Assembly: GCA_951406725.2 (NCBI GenBank)
Contig: OX597820.1
Span: 89,652,001 to 89,716,000, forward strand
Reading direction: 5' to 3'
Origin: Octopus vulgaris
Taxonomy: Eukaryota
Length of the DNA: 64,000 nucleotides
Below, piece by piece: positions 1 through 12,717 of this stretch. Below the pieces are notes generated by a model. It was not told the origin of the DNA. It ran no database searches and saw only the letters and a list, made by a program, of their open reading frames with translations. The position numbers and the translations under genes are program-made. Numbering within the stretch: position 1 is the first letter of the stretch; each line of letters begins with the position of its first letter.

Positions 1-1014
1 CCCCGTTGGTAAATAAACTTTCAACAAATATGACGTCATCAGCACTGCGTTGCTGGTTCAACAGCTAAATGGTTTTCATGTCGGGGAATAGATGATAGTC
101 AAATGTAGGCAAATCAGAAGAGGGAGGACGATCAACCAGTTCAAAGCCACAGTCACACACAGCAGCCATTCAAGCAAAGGACTGGTGTGCTGGAGTATTG
201 CCTTAGCGAAAGAAAATCCGTTTCGTCAGTTTTCCTGGGTATTTGATCTTCAAGGTTTTGCGAGTCCCTTTCTTTTGAAGATAGTCAATGGACACAACGC
301 ATTTTTCATCCCCCAAAAACTGAAATCATTACCTTCTCTGCAGATGAAACAAACTTAGCCTTCTTTGGAGCAAGAATGTGGTGTGGCGGTGGGGAAGTAT
401 TTCCGCTGCATGGATTGTCTTTCTGTCTCTAGTTCAAAGTGATTAATCCAACATTCAACCATGTCTGATTTTGCCATGCTGTGATAAGTATGCTGTATTT
501 TTGACCAGGTTTCAAAACACTTGACACCCACCGAGCAGAGACCTTCGTCATTCCAAATTCCTTGTGCAAAATATTCTCAACTATCCTACGGATTATGCTA
601 ATAGGATTGGCTATTTGATTTATAGTCAATCTTCAATCCTCCATCAACCATCTTCAAGTCATCTTCGAGACTCTCCCTTCCCCGCCTAAATTCAGCAGCT
701 CACTTTTGCATTGTTGCTAACCAGAAGCGTCATCCCCTAATGCAACAGCCATATCAGCATGAATGTCGTTGGGAGCTAAAACCCTTTCCTGCAGGTACTC
801 GATAACATCACTATGGCAATTTTTGTCCATTTTCAAGTGAAGTTGAAACTAGCTACTTTTGAAGATTTCTTTGAAAAGCAAGATGTCAGTTCACCTGGAA
901 AGAAACAATGCAGTTATTAATAAGAAGGGTTGAAATTAATTCATGCAAGATTTCACAGCTCAAGCAAGATTTTACAGCTCCTTCATAGTCGGCCTATGAA
1001 CTTTCAGCCCACCC
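1..1014 (-). mobile_element. Decayed mariner DNA transposon (3' end runs off the window)
   Basis: Minus-strand ATG at 830 gives MDKNCHSDVIEYLQ..DIHADM..EFRRGRESLEDD. ORF 429-629 contains ILHKEFGMTKVSARWV (WVP motif). Region ~70-200 encodes NTPAH..CDCGFELVD..DYHLFP (decayed catalytic C-terminus). TIR-like end gggtgggctgaaagttcatagg at ~992-1013. Stops, frameshifts and deletions are present. Confidence 0.9.
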
Positions 1015-1263
1015 AATTATTTTCAAACACAGAATACAATAATACAATAATACCTTTTGCGAGACGTATACACTTGATTGATTCTATTTCTCTACATGTC
1101 AACCTTTTATTTTGTTGATCCGAGAGGAAGTAAATTTATATTTGATGTCGATCGTATACGAACTCAGAACATTGGAACGCAACATTAAAACTCACGTTTA
1201 TAATACAGAAATATATAATAGTTTAGCCATCAGACCAGAGAATATTACATCCAGACTAATGTT

Positions 1264-1660
1264 CTCGCCATTGAGGTGGGTGCAAGAGGTTTTGTAGGCA
1301 AATCTGCTGAAGATCTTATGAAGCGGCTCTCAATTTCTGAGAAAAAGAAAACAAGAGCTCTTAAGGCAATGGCAGAAGCAGCTGAGGATAGTTCAGACTG
1401 AATCTAGTCAAGTAGGAATGGAAGTGGATTTATAAGCTATAATTTACCCGCCATTAAATTGGCATCGTCGACTGAGCTGGTTACAATACCCAAAGTACCT
1501 TAGATCTGTCTGGGGCACCTTAACCAACCAGTGCAGACAAAAGTACAAACCGTGGTAGTGGAGGAGTATCCAGGAGTCAATAGCTGGATGCGGTCCGGTT
1601 CACTAAGAGTGTAATGGATGAAACACCTGCATGAGATGGAGCTTCTCTGAAGATCATCAA
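1264..1660 (+). mobile_element. 3' fragment of an RLE-type non-LTR retrotransposon, HERO-like
   Basis: 1264-1420 translates to LAIEVGARGFVGKSAEDLMKRLSISEKKKTRALKAMAEAAEDSSD*I*SSR, matching the HERO-type C-terminal EVGxRGF...AExxSxWxW pattern with both Trp codons mutated to stops. A putative 3' UTR follows. Confidence 0.75.
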
Positions 1661-2585
1661 CTGTTCAGCTCTCCCTAGAGTTTCTTGCTACCGCTTGTTC
1701 TGATCTCTGCCAATTTCTGTCACTCCCTCTTTCATCATAATCTAATTGTCACTGACCCCCTCCCCAGCATCCGATTAACAAACTTGTACAGTATTGTAGC
1801 AGTGACTGTAGTTTGTGGTTCTTAATATTCTAACACAAACGTGTTTGCAGCTCATTTGAAAGACTTTTCTAGATGCATAATATATGTTTATGCCTTTTTC
1901 AAATCACTAATATTACTTCATGTTAAACTCTGCAGGTCCAATAATCAATTTATTCCAACTAGGAACACATAGTTTAATTATTCTCTAACAATATTGATGG
2001 GAAAGTTAATTGCCATGCAAGGTTATAATTAGTCAAAGAATTAAACGATGTCTTTTTGTTGTAATATAAAGCAAAAGAGATGAAAATAATTAAAATAACC
2101 GCGGTTGGCTGCTTCGAAGTAATTAAAGAAAATAGTCACTAATCTATAAGGGATTATCACTAATCATTATTAATACTACTGTGGAAAGGATATAATTTCT
2201 TTTTTTTTTTTTTTGCATTTAGAAATGAGCCGGAGGTTAATGTCAATTAATTTTTAAAAATGAAACGAAAATGTAATGAAACGATTTTTGAATGCAGGTT
2301 TCCCAAAATTTGATTTATTTCTTAGAAGCAAAAGTGATTTAGTTACCTGGCATGATGCATTATGTCTTGATCTGGCCTCACTAAACGGATATCCTCCTGA
2401 AATAACGGAAGATTCGGGAAGAGAATAAAACCAATTTAACATATCGTTGATAATAATCTAATTGGTTCATATCAGAGTGTAAGCATCGTTTGTGGATCAC
2501 AAGTTCGCTTCGCAATCAATTCATCACACTATACAGCATTTTCAATACCATAATCTTGTGTTGAACAATATCTTGGATGTGGAAA

Positions 2586-2978
2586 GGCGGCGAGCTAGCA
2601 GAGACGTTAGCAAGCCGGGCTTAAATGCTTAGCGGTTTTTTGTCTGTTTTTATGTTCTGAGTTCAAGTTCCGCCGAGGTCGATTTTGCCTTTCATCTTTT
2701 CGGAGTCGATGAATTAAGTACCAGTTACGCACTGGCGTCGATATAATCGACTTAATCCGTTTCTCTGTCCTTGTTTGTCCCCTCTAGCCCCTAGTTGGTA
2801 GTAAAGAAATAGGTATTTCGTTTGTCTTTACGTTTTGAGTTCAAATTTCTGCCAAGGTCGACTTCGCCTTTCATCCTTTCGGAGTCGATAATTTAAGTAC
2901 CAGTTGCGTACTGATATCAATCTAATCGACTGGGCTCCTCCCCGCAAATTTCGGGCCTTGTACCTAGAGTACAAAATA
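2586..2978 (+). mobile_element. tRNA-derived SINE family A (full copy plus second partial unit)
   Basis: Head ggcggcgagctagcaga..., B-box-like gagttcaagt, core gtcgattttgcctttcatcttttcggagtcgat..agtaccag repeated twice. Near-identical copies occur at 32658 and 62877. Confidence 0.9.
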
Positions 2979-3124
2979 ATATTTTGTGCGTGAAATTTCA
3001 TTGACGGATACTAGTTAAACCACTCGTGAGGTATTCCCTCTTTTGATGTCCCAGCTGCAATCAACAAAGTTTGCAACGAAATGGCATAGGAGTGCATTTG
3101 GCAATTGGAAAATGGTTTTAATAT

Positions 3125-3240
3125 TGGTTTCAAATTCTGTCACAAGGCCAGCAATTTAGGAGGAGGGGTAAATTGATTGCATCAACCTCTATACTCAATT
3201 GGTATTTATTTTATTAACTGGAACTTATTTTATCGACCGC
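3125..3240 (-). mobile_element. SINE family A 3' fragment, reverse orientation
   Basis: ggtttcaaattctgtcacaaggccagcaattt...ttattttatcgacc is the reverse complement of the family A 3' half (compare 3385-3480). Confidence 0.7.
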
Positions 3241-3276
3241 CGCTTTAATGAATACCATTATTGTAATCATTTTCAA

Positions 3277-3493
3277 GGCGGCGGGCAGGCAGAATCACTA
3301 GCACGACGGACGAAATGTCGTAAAGCATTTTGTTCGTTGTGAGATCAAATTCTGCCGAGGTCGACTTTGCCTTTCATCCTTTCGGAGCTGATAAACTGAG
3401 TACCAGTTGAACACAGGGGTCGATGTATTCGATTTATGCACTCACCCGAAATTGCTAGTCTTGAGCTAAAATTTGAAATCATTATTATTATTA
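3277..3493 (+). mobile_element. SINE family A copy with (att)n tail
   Basis: ggcggcgggcaggcagaatc head, gccgaggtcgactttgcctttcatcctttcgg core, attattattatt tail. Confidence 0.85.
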
Positions 3494-3699
3494 ATTTTGT
3501 TTAATGCTAATGAGTACTTCAGAAAACAATGACACTATTAATTACAGGAAGATCCTCAGACGAGTACTGTGGTTAACACTATCAACTAATTACTGCCCTA
3601 AAATGTACCTGAATAAGAAATCAATGATATTGATTTTGATTAATGCTGAGTAAACATTTTATGAAACAATAATATTTTATTGAGGCTGAACATTTCCTT

Positions 3700-4040
3700 C
3701 AGAGTTGAATCCCTGGCGAAATTAAGTTTAATCTTTCGTTCATCTGGAATCAACAAAATAATCTATCGGTCAAGTACTAGTGTTCATACAATCAAATTTT
3801 CCTTTCTTCCAAATTTCAGATCTTGTGCGTATGTTAGGAATCAGTGTTGGCATTGATAGTAAGATAGAAATATGGTAAGGTTTACAGTCCGTTTAATCGA
3901 ATAATCATTTAACTGGTATACATTTAATCGGCCCTGTAACAGTGGAAATTAAAGACGAGCAGAGCTGGATTAAACGAAGAACGTAAAGGCACTTAGTCGA
4001 ATAGTGAAATATATTTTGTTCTGTACTCCGAATTCTGACA
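3700..4040. mobile_element. Two older, degenerate SINE A-like copies in opposite orientations
   Basis: gagttgaatccctggcgaaattaagtttaatctttcgttcatctgg (+, ~3703-3840), then aactggtatacatttaatcggccctg...gaacgtaaagg (-, ~3845-4040). Confidence 0.5.
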
Positions 4041-5615
4041 CTTTATTTTCTCACACTAGCACTTAGAAAAAAAAATAGTTTAATAATTTGAAGTGATCCA
4101 AGTGAGCATTTAATACTTATTTAACGCAGAGTGACAAAAAGTAAGTTGGATTGTAAGGAATCGAACTCAGATCATTGACGAGCAAAACCAGTATGGTAAC
4201 AACATTTGAAACTTCATACTAACAGTCTCAACTACAAGATAAACGTTTTATGAAAGGATTGAAAATATCAATAGTGAAACTCATCTACCAGAATAATTCT
4301 CTGAAAACTGTTTGTCGAATTGCATATTTGCAAATCTAATCTGGTTTATCTTGGCTGCTCTTAAACTTGTAATGTTATCAACGCAAATGCAAATACATAT
4401 AAAAAGGAGGAAGTAATGATATTTGAGATTGCATTCAACGATTAAAGAGAAAGAAAATATACTTACATTTTTTTTATGGGAATAGAGAGAATAACTCCAA
4501 TGTAAAATTTTCCTGTCTAAAATACAACAATCTACTGAATTACAAAACAATCTACATAATTAAAAAAAACTCATAATATAATTAAAAATAAAATGAAATA
4601 TAAACAATAAATAAATAAAAGTAGCTTCAGCAGGCAAAAAGAATGCATGTTGCTATTATTTACCTTGGACTATCAAATGCATTCTAGTCATGCATTATCC
4701 AATATGTTCTTTGTTTTTCAAAACAGAAGACTATACATAGAAAAATAAAAAAAATGGTTGCTATATCTAGTTTATGGGTATAGCAGACATAGGTTTCTTC
4801 TATTGTAGGATTATGAATAATATTTGTTAAGCAGTAAGTCATATTTTTGCTCAGTCGGCTTTAGTACATTCCAACAAACCCTAAGCCATCTCCTACATTA
4901 TCGTCAAGTCACTACCTCAGTTTAAATCCTTCCTGATATACTTGTTCACCATCCATTCTCTAACACCATATTATTGTTTCATCTCGTTCAGATGAAGGGT
5001 AAAAATCCGAAACGTTATTGTATACATACTTTTGTTGTCATTGAACCAACTCAACCCTTCTTTGAATTCTTCTTTGCCTTAGTTCTTGCTGATGATATAT
5101 CAACAAAGCAACTATATCTTAATTCGACATTTTACCCTATCAGTACACTATGTTAATGATTCCAGAGATCTGAAAAGCAACATTGAAAACATCCTTAAAA
5201 TAATGAATGAAAACCACAAAGAGCCTCAATGTCTAATTTCATGGTACTCAGTTTTATGATCAATTCTACAATCTATAGCTTTACATTTTGCACTTTATTC
5301 GTGCTTTTGACATAGTTATCAACACATACCATGAAAGAAGGGCTATACATATAAGGTTTATATATGATTGTGCGTATATATATATGAGTGTATATATGAA
5401 TTTGCACACATAAATATAATACTTATTTTTAATGAGCCTGCTGGCTATTGGCAACGTCAGCACATAAAAAGTCACTACAACTCTACGATATAAATGTGTG
5501 TGGTTTTACGCACTAAGCATCCATATCAGAAGCCCTCTCAAAGCGAAAAGCACAATATTCGGCGTCCTAACACGAATTTCCCATTTTGGTATTAATACCG
5601 CTTTATCTGTCGTTA

Positions 5616-5618
<3 letters not shown>

Positions 5619-5651
<33 letters not shown>

Positions 5652-5912
5652 TAACGACAGCATAAGGCATGAAGCATATAAAAGAATAAACGCATAAAAG
5701 AATATATATACACACACACGCACACATGTGTATGTGTGTGAGTGTATGCGGGTGTGTGTATATATGAGTTCTTATATAGTCCTATATACACATACATGCG
5801 TATATAAATGTTTGTATAAATATATATATATATATATATATAAATAATATATATAAATGTATACACACACAAACATATATATATATATATATATATAAAC
5901 ATATATATATAT
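5619..5912. repeat. (TA)n/(CA)n/(TG)n compound microsatellite
   Basis: Directly visible dinucleotide runs. Confidence 0.95.
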
Positions 5913-6115
5913 AGTCGATCCCAACAAGAACAAGCAAGAAAAAACAATAACAACGCGAGGACATGGTGCAAGTACTGTGTTATTGGACGCTCAGGAAAGG
6001 AAAGAAAAGAAAGAGCATATCACGTTTCGAGCGGAGCTCTTCATCAGAAATATGGAAAAAGTCCAAAGAAGTGAAGACGGAAAAAGAAAATCGCCAACGA
6101 TACACACGCTGTCAC
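5913..6115 (-). ncRNA. Short microsatellite-embedded repeat carrying a minimal hammerhead-ribozyme core (Penelope-like terminal repeat type)
   Basis: Minus strand of 6022-6047 reads CTGATGA-a-GAGC-tcc-GCTC-GAAA-cgt, i.e. both conserved hammerhead boxes around a 4-bp stem II. The cleavage triplet and stem I look degenerate. Confidence 0.55.
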
Positions 6116-6181
6116 ATACACACAGAGACACAGACACAGGCACACACACACGCACGCATATATATATACATATTATATATA

Positions 6182-7399
6182 CACAGACATGCAGGAAGCA
6201 AACAGACACGTTTAATTTTCAAAATCTTTTATTTAATACGCAAAGCGAACAATTGAAATGCAATCGATAGGTAGGACATCAGTATTTAGTTGACATTCCT
6301 TTTGCAGTTTTTAATTCTGAAAATCCTTTTGCATTGAACTGATAAGCTGTGTGATTATCTCTTGTAGAATTCCTGCCCACTTTTCACGCAACAATCGAAA
6401 CAATTCATCTTTAGATTTAGGTTTCTGTTGAGTTTTTCGTATAGCTCTATCTAGTATGCTCCAAAGATTTTCAATTGAGTTCATGTCAGGAGATTGGCTC
6501 GGCCAAGAAAGCTTTTTTGAACCCATTTTCAGTCAGCCATTGTTGATTCCTTTTCGCTGTGTGGCATGGAGCCCCATCTTCCTTGAATAAAAACTCATTT
6601 TTCGTTATGTTATCGTGTGAATACATCGGAAGTAATCCTTGCTTAAGTATTTCGATGTATTTTTCAGAGTTTGTTGTTCCAACACATTCGTTCAGCTCAG
6701 AACGACCATTGCTAGTGACAGCTCCCCATACCATTACAGAGATACCGCCATGTTTCACAGTTGGTTAGAGTAATTTCAAATCAAATTCTTGATTGTGAAA
6801 CCTCCAGATCCAAACATGTCCACTGTCTGAAAATAATGCGAATCTGGATTCATCTGAGAAAATCACTCTATCCCAAAATGAACTGGACTTTTCTGATATC
6901 TCCTTAGCTCATTTTTTTCTTTTCATTATATTAATTGGTTGAAGGAGAGGTTTTCTTCTAGCTGCTCATCCATAATATCCAAGCTTATGCAGATATGTAA
7001 CACACGTTCTTGGACTAACTTCTAGCTGTTTTGCATTGTCGGAAGCCTTCAAACGGGGTTCATTTTCCACAATTCTCTTCAACAGTCGGCCAGGACAAGA
7101 ATATGTTGATTCTTTTCCTCAGCTTTTGGATTGCACTATAATTCCATTAACAGTAGCATGTAGAATTTGAAGATTTTCCACAATTTTTTGATAGCTAAGA
7201 CCAGCCTCAGATTGCTACCTCTTGGAAAATCTGACAGTTCTGCTGAATATTTTACTCCTCGTAAATGTTTAATATAATGGCACCTGGAATGAAAAAGAAT
7301 AATTACATTGTAAATTTTACACTCCCGAAAACATAGTAAGATGCTTAGATCAGAAATTTTGAAAAGTAAAGGTGTCTATTTACTTCATGCATGTCTGAG
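6182..7399 (-). mobile_element. Tc1-family DNA transposon (DD34E), near full length, decayed
   Basis: TIRs cacagacatgcaggaagcaaacagacacg (from 6182) and ggtgtctatttacttcatgcatgtctgag (to 7399), each flanked by TA. Transposase motifs WDRVIFSDESRF, VKHGG.SVMVWG, FKEDGAPCHTA, WPSQSPDMNSIENLW, with frameshifts. Confidence 0.95.
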
Positions 7400-7562
7400 T
7401 ATATGCTTTGTGCTGGGTGGGGGTACTAACCTCCTCTATTCGAAAATATAAGGACAGATTGTGCGTCGTATAGCTAGCTGGAGACGATGTCTCCTAGGAC
7501 TAAAGAACAGTAGCTTTCGCCCCAAGCGAGACTGCCACATTAGCTGGCAAATAATCATTACT

Positions 7563-7602
<40 letters not shown>

Positions 7603-8228
7603 CATATATATGCGAATGTGTATATGTATATATATGTACACACACACACACACACATATATGTATATATGTACATGTATATATATATATATATAGTGTGC
7701 GTGTGTGTATGTGTATGAATATAAATGTTGTGAGGGTAATTTGAGGACGCTTAATATCATTATGTTGCTCTCTTCGAACAATTTCAAAATTTTTTATTTC
7801 TTTCATATCCCCCATGACAGATAAAATGCAAATACAAGAAATGGAAAGATATGTCGTTATTTTTGATATATGTACGGATCACAGTAATTTAGAAATTGCC
7901 ATCTTTCAAAATGTTTCATGATCTTTTGTATACAAAATTTCGAATGAAATTGAAAGCCTGTATCGAGAATGTTTTAAACATATCAAAGACACAAAACTGT
8001 ATTGACACAACAACGACGTCACTTATATATATATATATATATATATATACAGAGAGAGAGAGAGAGAGAGAGAGAAATGCGTGCGTGGGTGTGTGTATGC
8101 GTGCGTAGGTGTGTGTGCGAGCGTGTATGCGTATGTGTGTGCGTGTAAGTATGTGTGAGTAGTATTATATATATATGCTACACATATATATTATTATATT
8201 ATAAATACGCACATAATAAATGCTATAG

Positions 8229-8294
<66 letters not shown>

Positions 8295-8330
8295 GCATAT
8301 ATACACACACATATATATATATATGTACAT

Positions 8331-8363
<33 letters not shown>

Positions 8364-8407
8364 CACACACACACACATATATATATATATGTACATACAC
8401 ACACACA

Positions 8408-8471
<64 letters not shown>
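7563..8471. repeat. Cluster of (TA)n, (CA)n, (GA)n and (TG)n microsatellites with spacers
   Basis: Visible runs at 7563-7715, 8023-8155 and 8165-8471. Confidence 0.95.
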
Positions 8472-8472
<1 letters not shown>

Positions 8473-8573
8473 GGTGCATCAGCATGGCCACAGCTCTGAG
8501 CTGAAACTAGAAAAAAAAAAAAATAACAATGATAAATCCCAGAGCGAGTTATAAACAGTAGCGGCAACACATC

Positions 8574-8662
8574 GTGACGTATATTTGCCATTTGAATATG
8601 GCTAACCATTGAATATGGCTAACTTAGGGGTTAACCATATTCAAATGGCAAATATACGTCAC
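8574..8662. repeat. 89-bp foldback (34-bp inverted arms, 1 mismatch), probable miniature TIR element
   Basis: gtgacgtatatttgccatttgaatatggctaacc (8574-8607) versus ggttaaccatattcaaatggcaaatatacgtcac (8629-8662), followed by (TA)n. Confidence 0.85.
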
Positions 8663-8689
8663 TATATATATATATATATATATGTTGTT

Positions 8690-10300
8690 ATATTTCGGAA
8701 TGGTCATATTGCCAGTTTAGCCAATTTTCGGTATTGTGCATCGTCCCGTGTACATTTGTGAAAGGGAACAATTTTGAATTTTCCGTACCTGCATATTTTC
8801 AGATGTTACTTAATGGAATCTTGTGCAATTCCTCTTGTTGGATATGTTGTCTGTGGGTTCTTGCACATTGCTAGAAGGAATTATTTGTTTCGCCAATGTA
8901 ATTTTCTTTGCAGTTTGGACAGGTAGTGCAGTATATGAGGTTTTGCATTTTGCATTTCATATCTGCATGTATTTTGAAAAGGGATACGCTCTTGAATTTT
9001 ATGTGGGAACCAGTTTCTAAGTATTTGAAGTTTTTGCATTTTCCACATCTATCTCCACATTCTTTTACAAAGAATTCTGATTGATTCTCCGATTTGAAGT
9101 ACGCTCTTGTGAACTGTTTTTTAAGATTTTTTGGAAGGCGTCTACTATTCCATAAGGTTTTCAATCAGATTTTTCATTTTGGGGATTTGTAGGAGTATAA
9201 GGAAGTTCGATTTTATGACGTGAAAGATGTTGGTTATTCCAGGAGTGTGTGTATTAACGGACGGAATCATGTTTTCATTAACTTTTTCCTTAGGTATCCG
9301 TAGTTAGGTGATATTCAGTTTCTTCGCCTTTTTAATTCTCTCGTTAATTAATCCTAATGGGTATTTCTGCATTGTGAGGAAGTCTTTGAATTCGTTGAGT
9401 CGGTTTTCATATATTTTAGGGTCAGTAACTATAGCACAGATACGTCTTGCAATACTGTATGGGCTGTTTCTTTTGATGTGTGATGGATGTCAAGAGTAGA
9501 AATTTAAACATTGGTGTATATCAGTTTTTTTTTTGTATATGTCTGTTGTGACTGCGGAGTTCTGTATTTTTATGTGGATATTCAGGAATGGTAATTCAGT
9601 GCAACTGGATTCTGTCTTGAATTTGATGGATGGGTGAAGTGTATTCAGTATATTGTTAAATATACTTAGATCTTCATTCAATCAATCCCAGAAGACGAAG
9701 CAATCATCAAGGAAGCGTTTCCATTTTTTAAATGATATATTTCTTGTATTCCTGATCAAAAGTTATTTCTACTTCCTTATCAAGTTTTTCTTCCAAGTAT
9801 CACATAAATAAGTTTGCATATGAGGGCGCAAACTGCGTTCCGTTGATTAAGAAGTTTCTTTCAGAGATGTGGTTTCAAGTAATTTTGTTGTATATCAATT
9901 CTTGCTATTTCCTTGTTGTTATTCGTCTCTGTTGTTAGAGTACTTTGTGTATGGGTATCATTCATAGCTTTATCTGCATTGGTGATGGTGCATTGGTGTC
10001 AAGTCTTGAGACAAGTAAATTCAAGTTAGATATATCTGTGAGAAGTTCTGCATTTTTGGCATTTTCCGGCTGCGAGTTTGATTGTGATCCATTCATTTTG
10101 GCGTCTTGTACATCTAAGGAGGTATGTATACAATGTTAGGTGTAGTGTACAGAAATTGAATATTGAGAAAAAAGTCATCAGAAGTTTGGGAAAAAAATCT
10201 TTTTATTTCTTCATGAGCGCTTTCATTCGTTTCTCGAACATGTCAAATTGTAAAAATTTTGTGAATGTACAAACAGCTTGTTTATTTATATAAAACATGT
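8690..10300 (-). mobile_element. Penelope-like retroelement remnant (RT upstream of a C-terminal GIY-YIG, Cys-rich linker, Neptune-like layout)
   Basis: Minus-strand motifs FAPSYANLFM (~9800-9835), KRFLDDCFVFW (~9687-9722), LPFLNI..TDIYKKKTD, Cys linker CGDRCGKCKN and NLIYCTTCPNCKENYIGET (ORF 8871-9164). Many stops and deletions. Confidence 0.9.
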
Positions 10301-11133
10301 TTTGGGTGGGGGGGATTGTTGAGAAGAACAGAACATTGTTTTTGTTTTTGTGGGTGAGGTTCCATCACAATGGAGATTGATAGATAGAAATATAGGTAGG
10401 TTGATAGGCTGATAGATAGATGGATAAAGAGATAGATAGATAGTCAGGTAGATAGATAGACAGGTAGGGAGAGGGAGGCAGAGAAGGTTGATTCCCCTTC
10501 ATATTCACCATTCATTTATTTATTTAGTCATTTACCATTGTATCGGAATGGTTTAAGGATGGTGACCGCTTAAAATAAACAAAACAAATGTACTCAAATT
10601 AATTATTGTAAAGCTGCGGTAAGAAATCAACAGAAGATTAATTTTGACCCATAATGCCTGCAATAACCTGTGGAAAAACAAATGATTTCGCGTGAGTACT
10701 GTATAAATTTATCCTGTGATTCTATTGAATATATACGCACCTGCGATTTTATTAAATTCATAGAGCACTCAGAATTTACGCACACGCTTTTGAATTTTCA
10801 CTCATATATCTCGGTTGAAAACCCTCCCCTTAAAACTAACGGCCACAACAAGACTATATGTATCAAACTATCACACAATTTTGCAAAACTCAAACTCCCT
10901 TCAGTTTTGAACTACAAATTTCCTCATCAAAGCCGAAAGTTCTGCACTATCATATACATATCATATACATATTTTATCTCCAAGCATCTGTAAATATTTA
11001 TCTCAAATACAAATACAATCTACACTAATTCTTCACTGTTGTAGTATACGTTTCTACACAACTAAACACTAACGCAAAGAGTAAATCAATAATTAACAAA
11101 CAAATATATTAAAAATAAAGCCAAAACTCTAAG

Positions 11134-12717
11134 ATGACTACTCAACAAGAAAAATCTAAGCAAAATTGGTCTGAGAATAAAATAGACCTTCTGATAAATT
11201 CATGGTACTGTCTTACCCAAACGGAGAACATAGGCACATCATGCCGCGACCTAATAGCCAGACGTATAATTCAACTTTTCAGAAACCGCTCCGAGAAGCA
11301 GATTCAAAACAAACTTAAACAAGCTGGAATGGCATTTAAATTGATTAATAGACATTTTGAAAACCTCCAACGTGTTTTCTCTTCAAATACTGGTCATAGC
11401 AACAACAACAACACTCACCACAGTAACAACAATAGCAACCATCACAGCAACAACAACGACCACCTCAGCAAAAACAACAATCACCACAGCAAAAACAACC
11501 TCAACCACAGCAGGAGCAACTGACCCAGCCTCAACATTTAACACTCCTTAATTCAAACACAATTGATGACCTACTTAATGAAACGGTCAACTTCTCAGAC
11601 TCCAGCTGTTCACAGCCAATTTGACCAGAGTTTGTCACCCACCCATCAAGTTTTCAACAGCAGCAACAATTACGGCAATAAGAATCAAAACATCAACAAC
11701 TACAGCTACAGCAACCACCTCAAAAACAGCAACAGTCAGAGCTTCAACTTACTACTATCCCAATTTGTGATCAACCAACTAAATGCTTAATTAAGATCCC
11801 TTAATGTACACAAATTAAAATCTATGCCTCTCACAGCCCTCACACCCCAAAATATACCTATTTCTTTATTACCCACAAGGGGCTAAACAAGGACAGACAT
11901 AGGTATTAAGTCGATTACATCGACCCCAGCGCGTAACTGGTACTTAATTTATCGACCCCGAAAGGATGAAAGGCAAAGTCGACCTCGGCGGAATTTGAAC
12001 TCACATCGTAACGACAGACGAAATACCGGCGAGCCCGGCGTGCTAACGTTTCTGCCAGCTCGCCGCCACAAAATATACCGCTATTCACTACACAAGAGGC
12101 TATGCACTGGCACTGACTGTAAATTCACTCATATACCAGGGACTAGACGCTCAATCCCTACTCACAACAGTCGCTACCATCAAAGTGCAAAATCTAAAAC
12201 AACGCCATTACCACCACCGCCACCAACCTCATCAAATACTAATTCAAATTTTTTAAAACATCACTCATATTACACGGAACCCAACAGTCTGCCGCTATTC
12301 CCAGCGTAACAAATTACGTCTACAGTATAATTGTCCATTTACCCATCTCCCGGCGACTCACCGCTCAAATAAAAAGTCAAATACAAAACCTACAACCACG
12401 AACATTTTCAGTTCTCCAAATAGAATTCTCTTTCAGTCATAATGAATCTCGCAAAAAAGCTGCAAAAAGACATTCTAGCCATCACACAATGCCACTCTCC
12501 ACCGCTACCCATTGTTGCTATTGACAACCAAATCATCAAAACAGTCAAAATCAGTCACCGGTATCGCCTCAACATTTTTGCTCAATGCACAAGGCATCAG
12601 CCGTTCCACCAATGCCCCAAAATGGAAGATCCAATTTATTGATGACTGGGTTGATGGCCACTCACACCATATCCCCTTTTTCTTCCTCACAGAAACGCAT
12701 CTCAATAATTTCCACTT

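Noticed and set aside
1590-1660. gaaacacc...ctgaaga in the HERO-like 3' UTR as a permuted hammerhead
   Set aside because: I could not build the required stems around the boxes.
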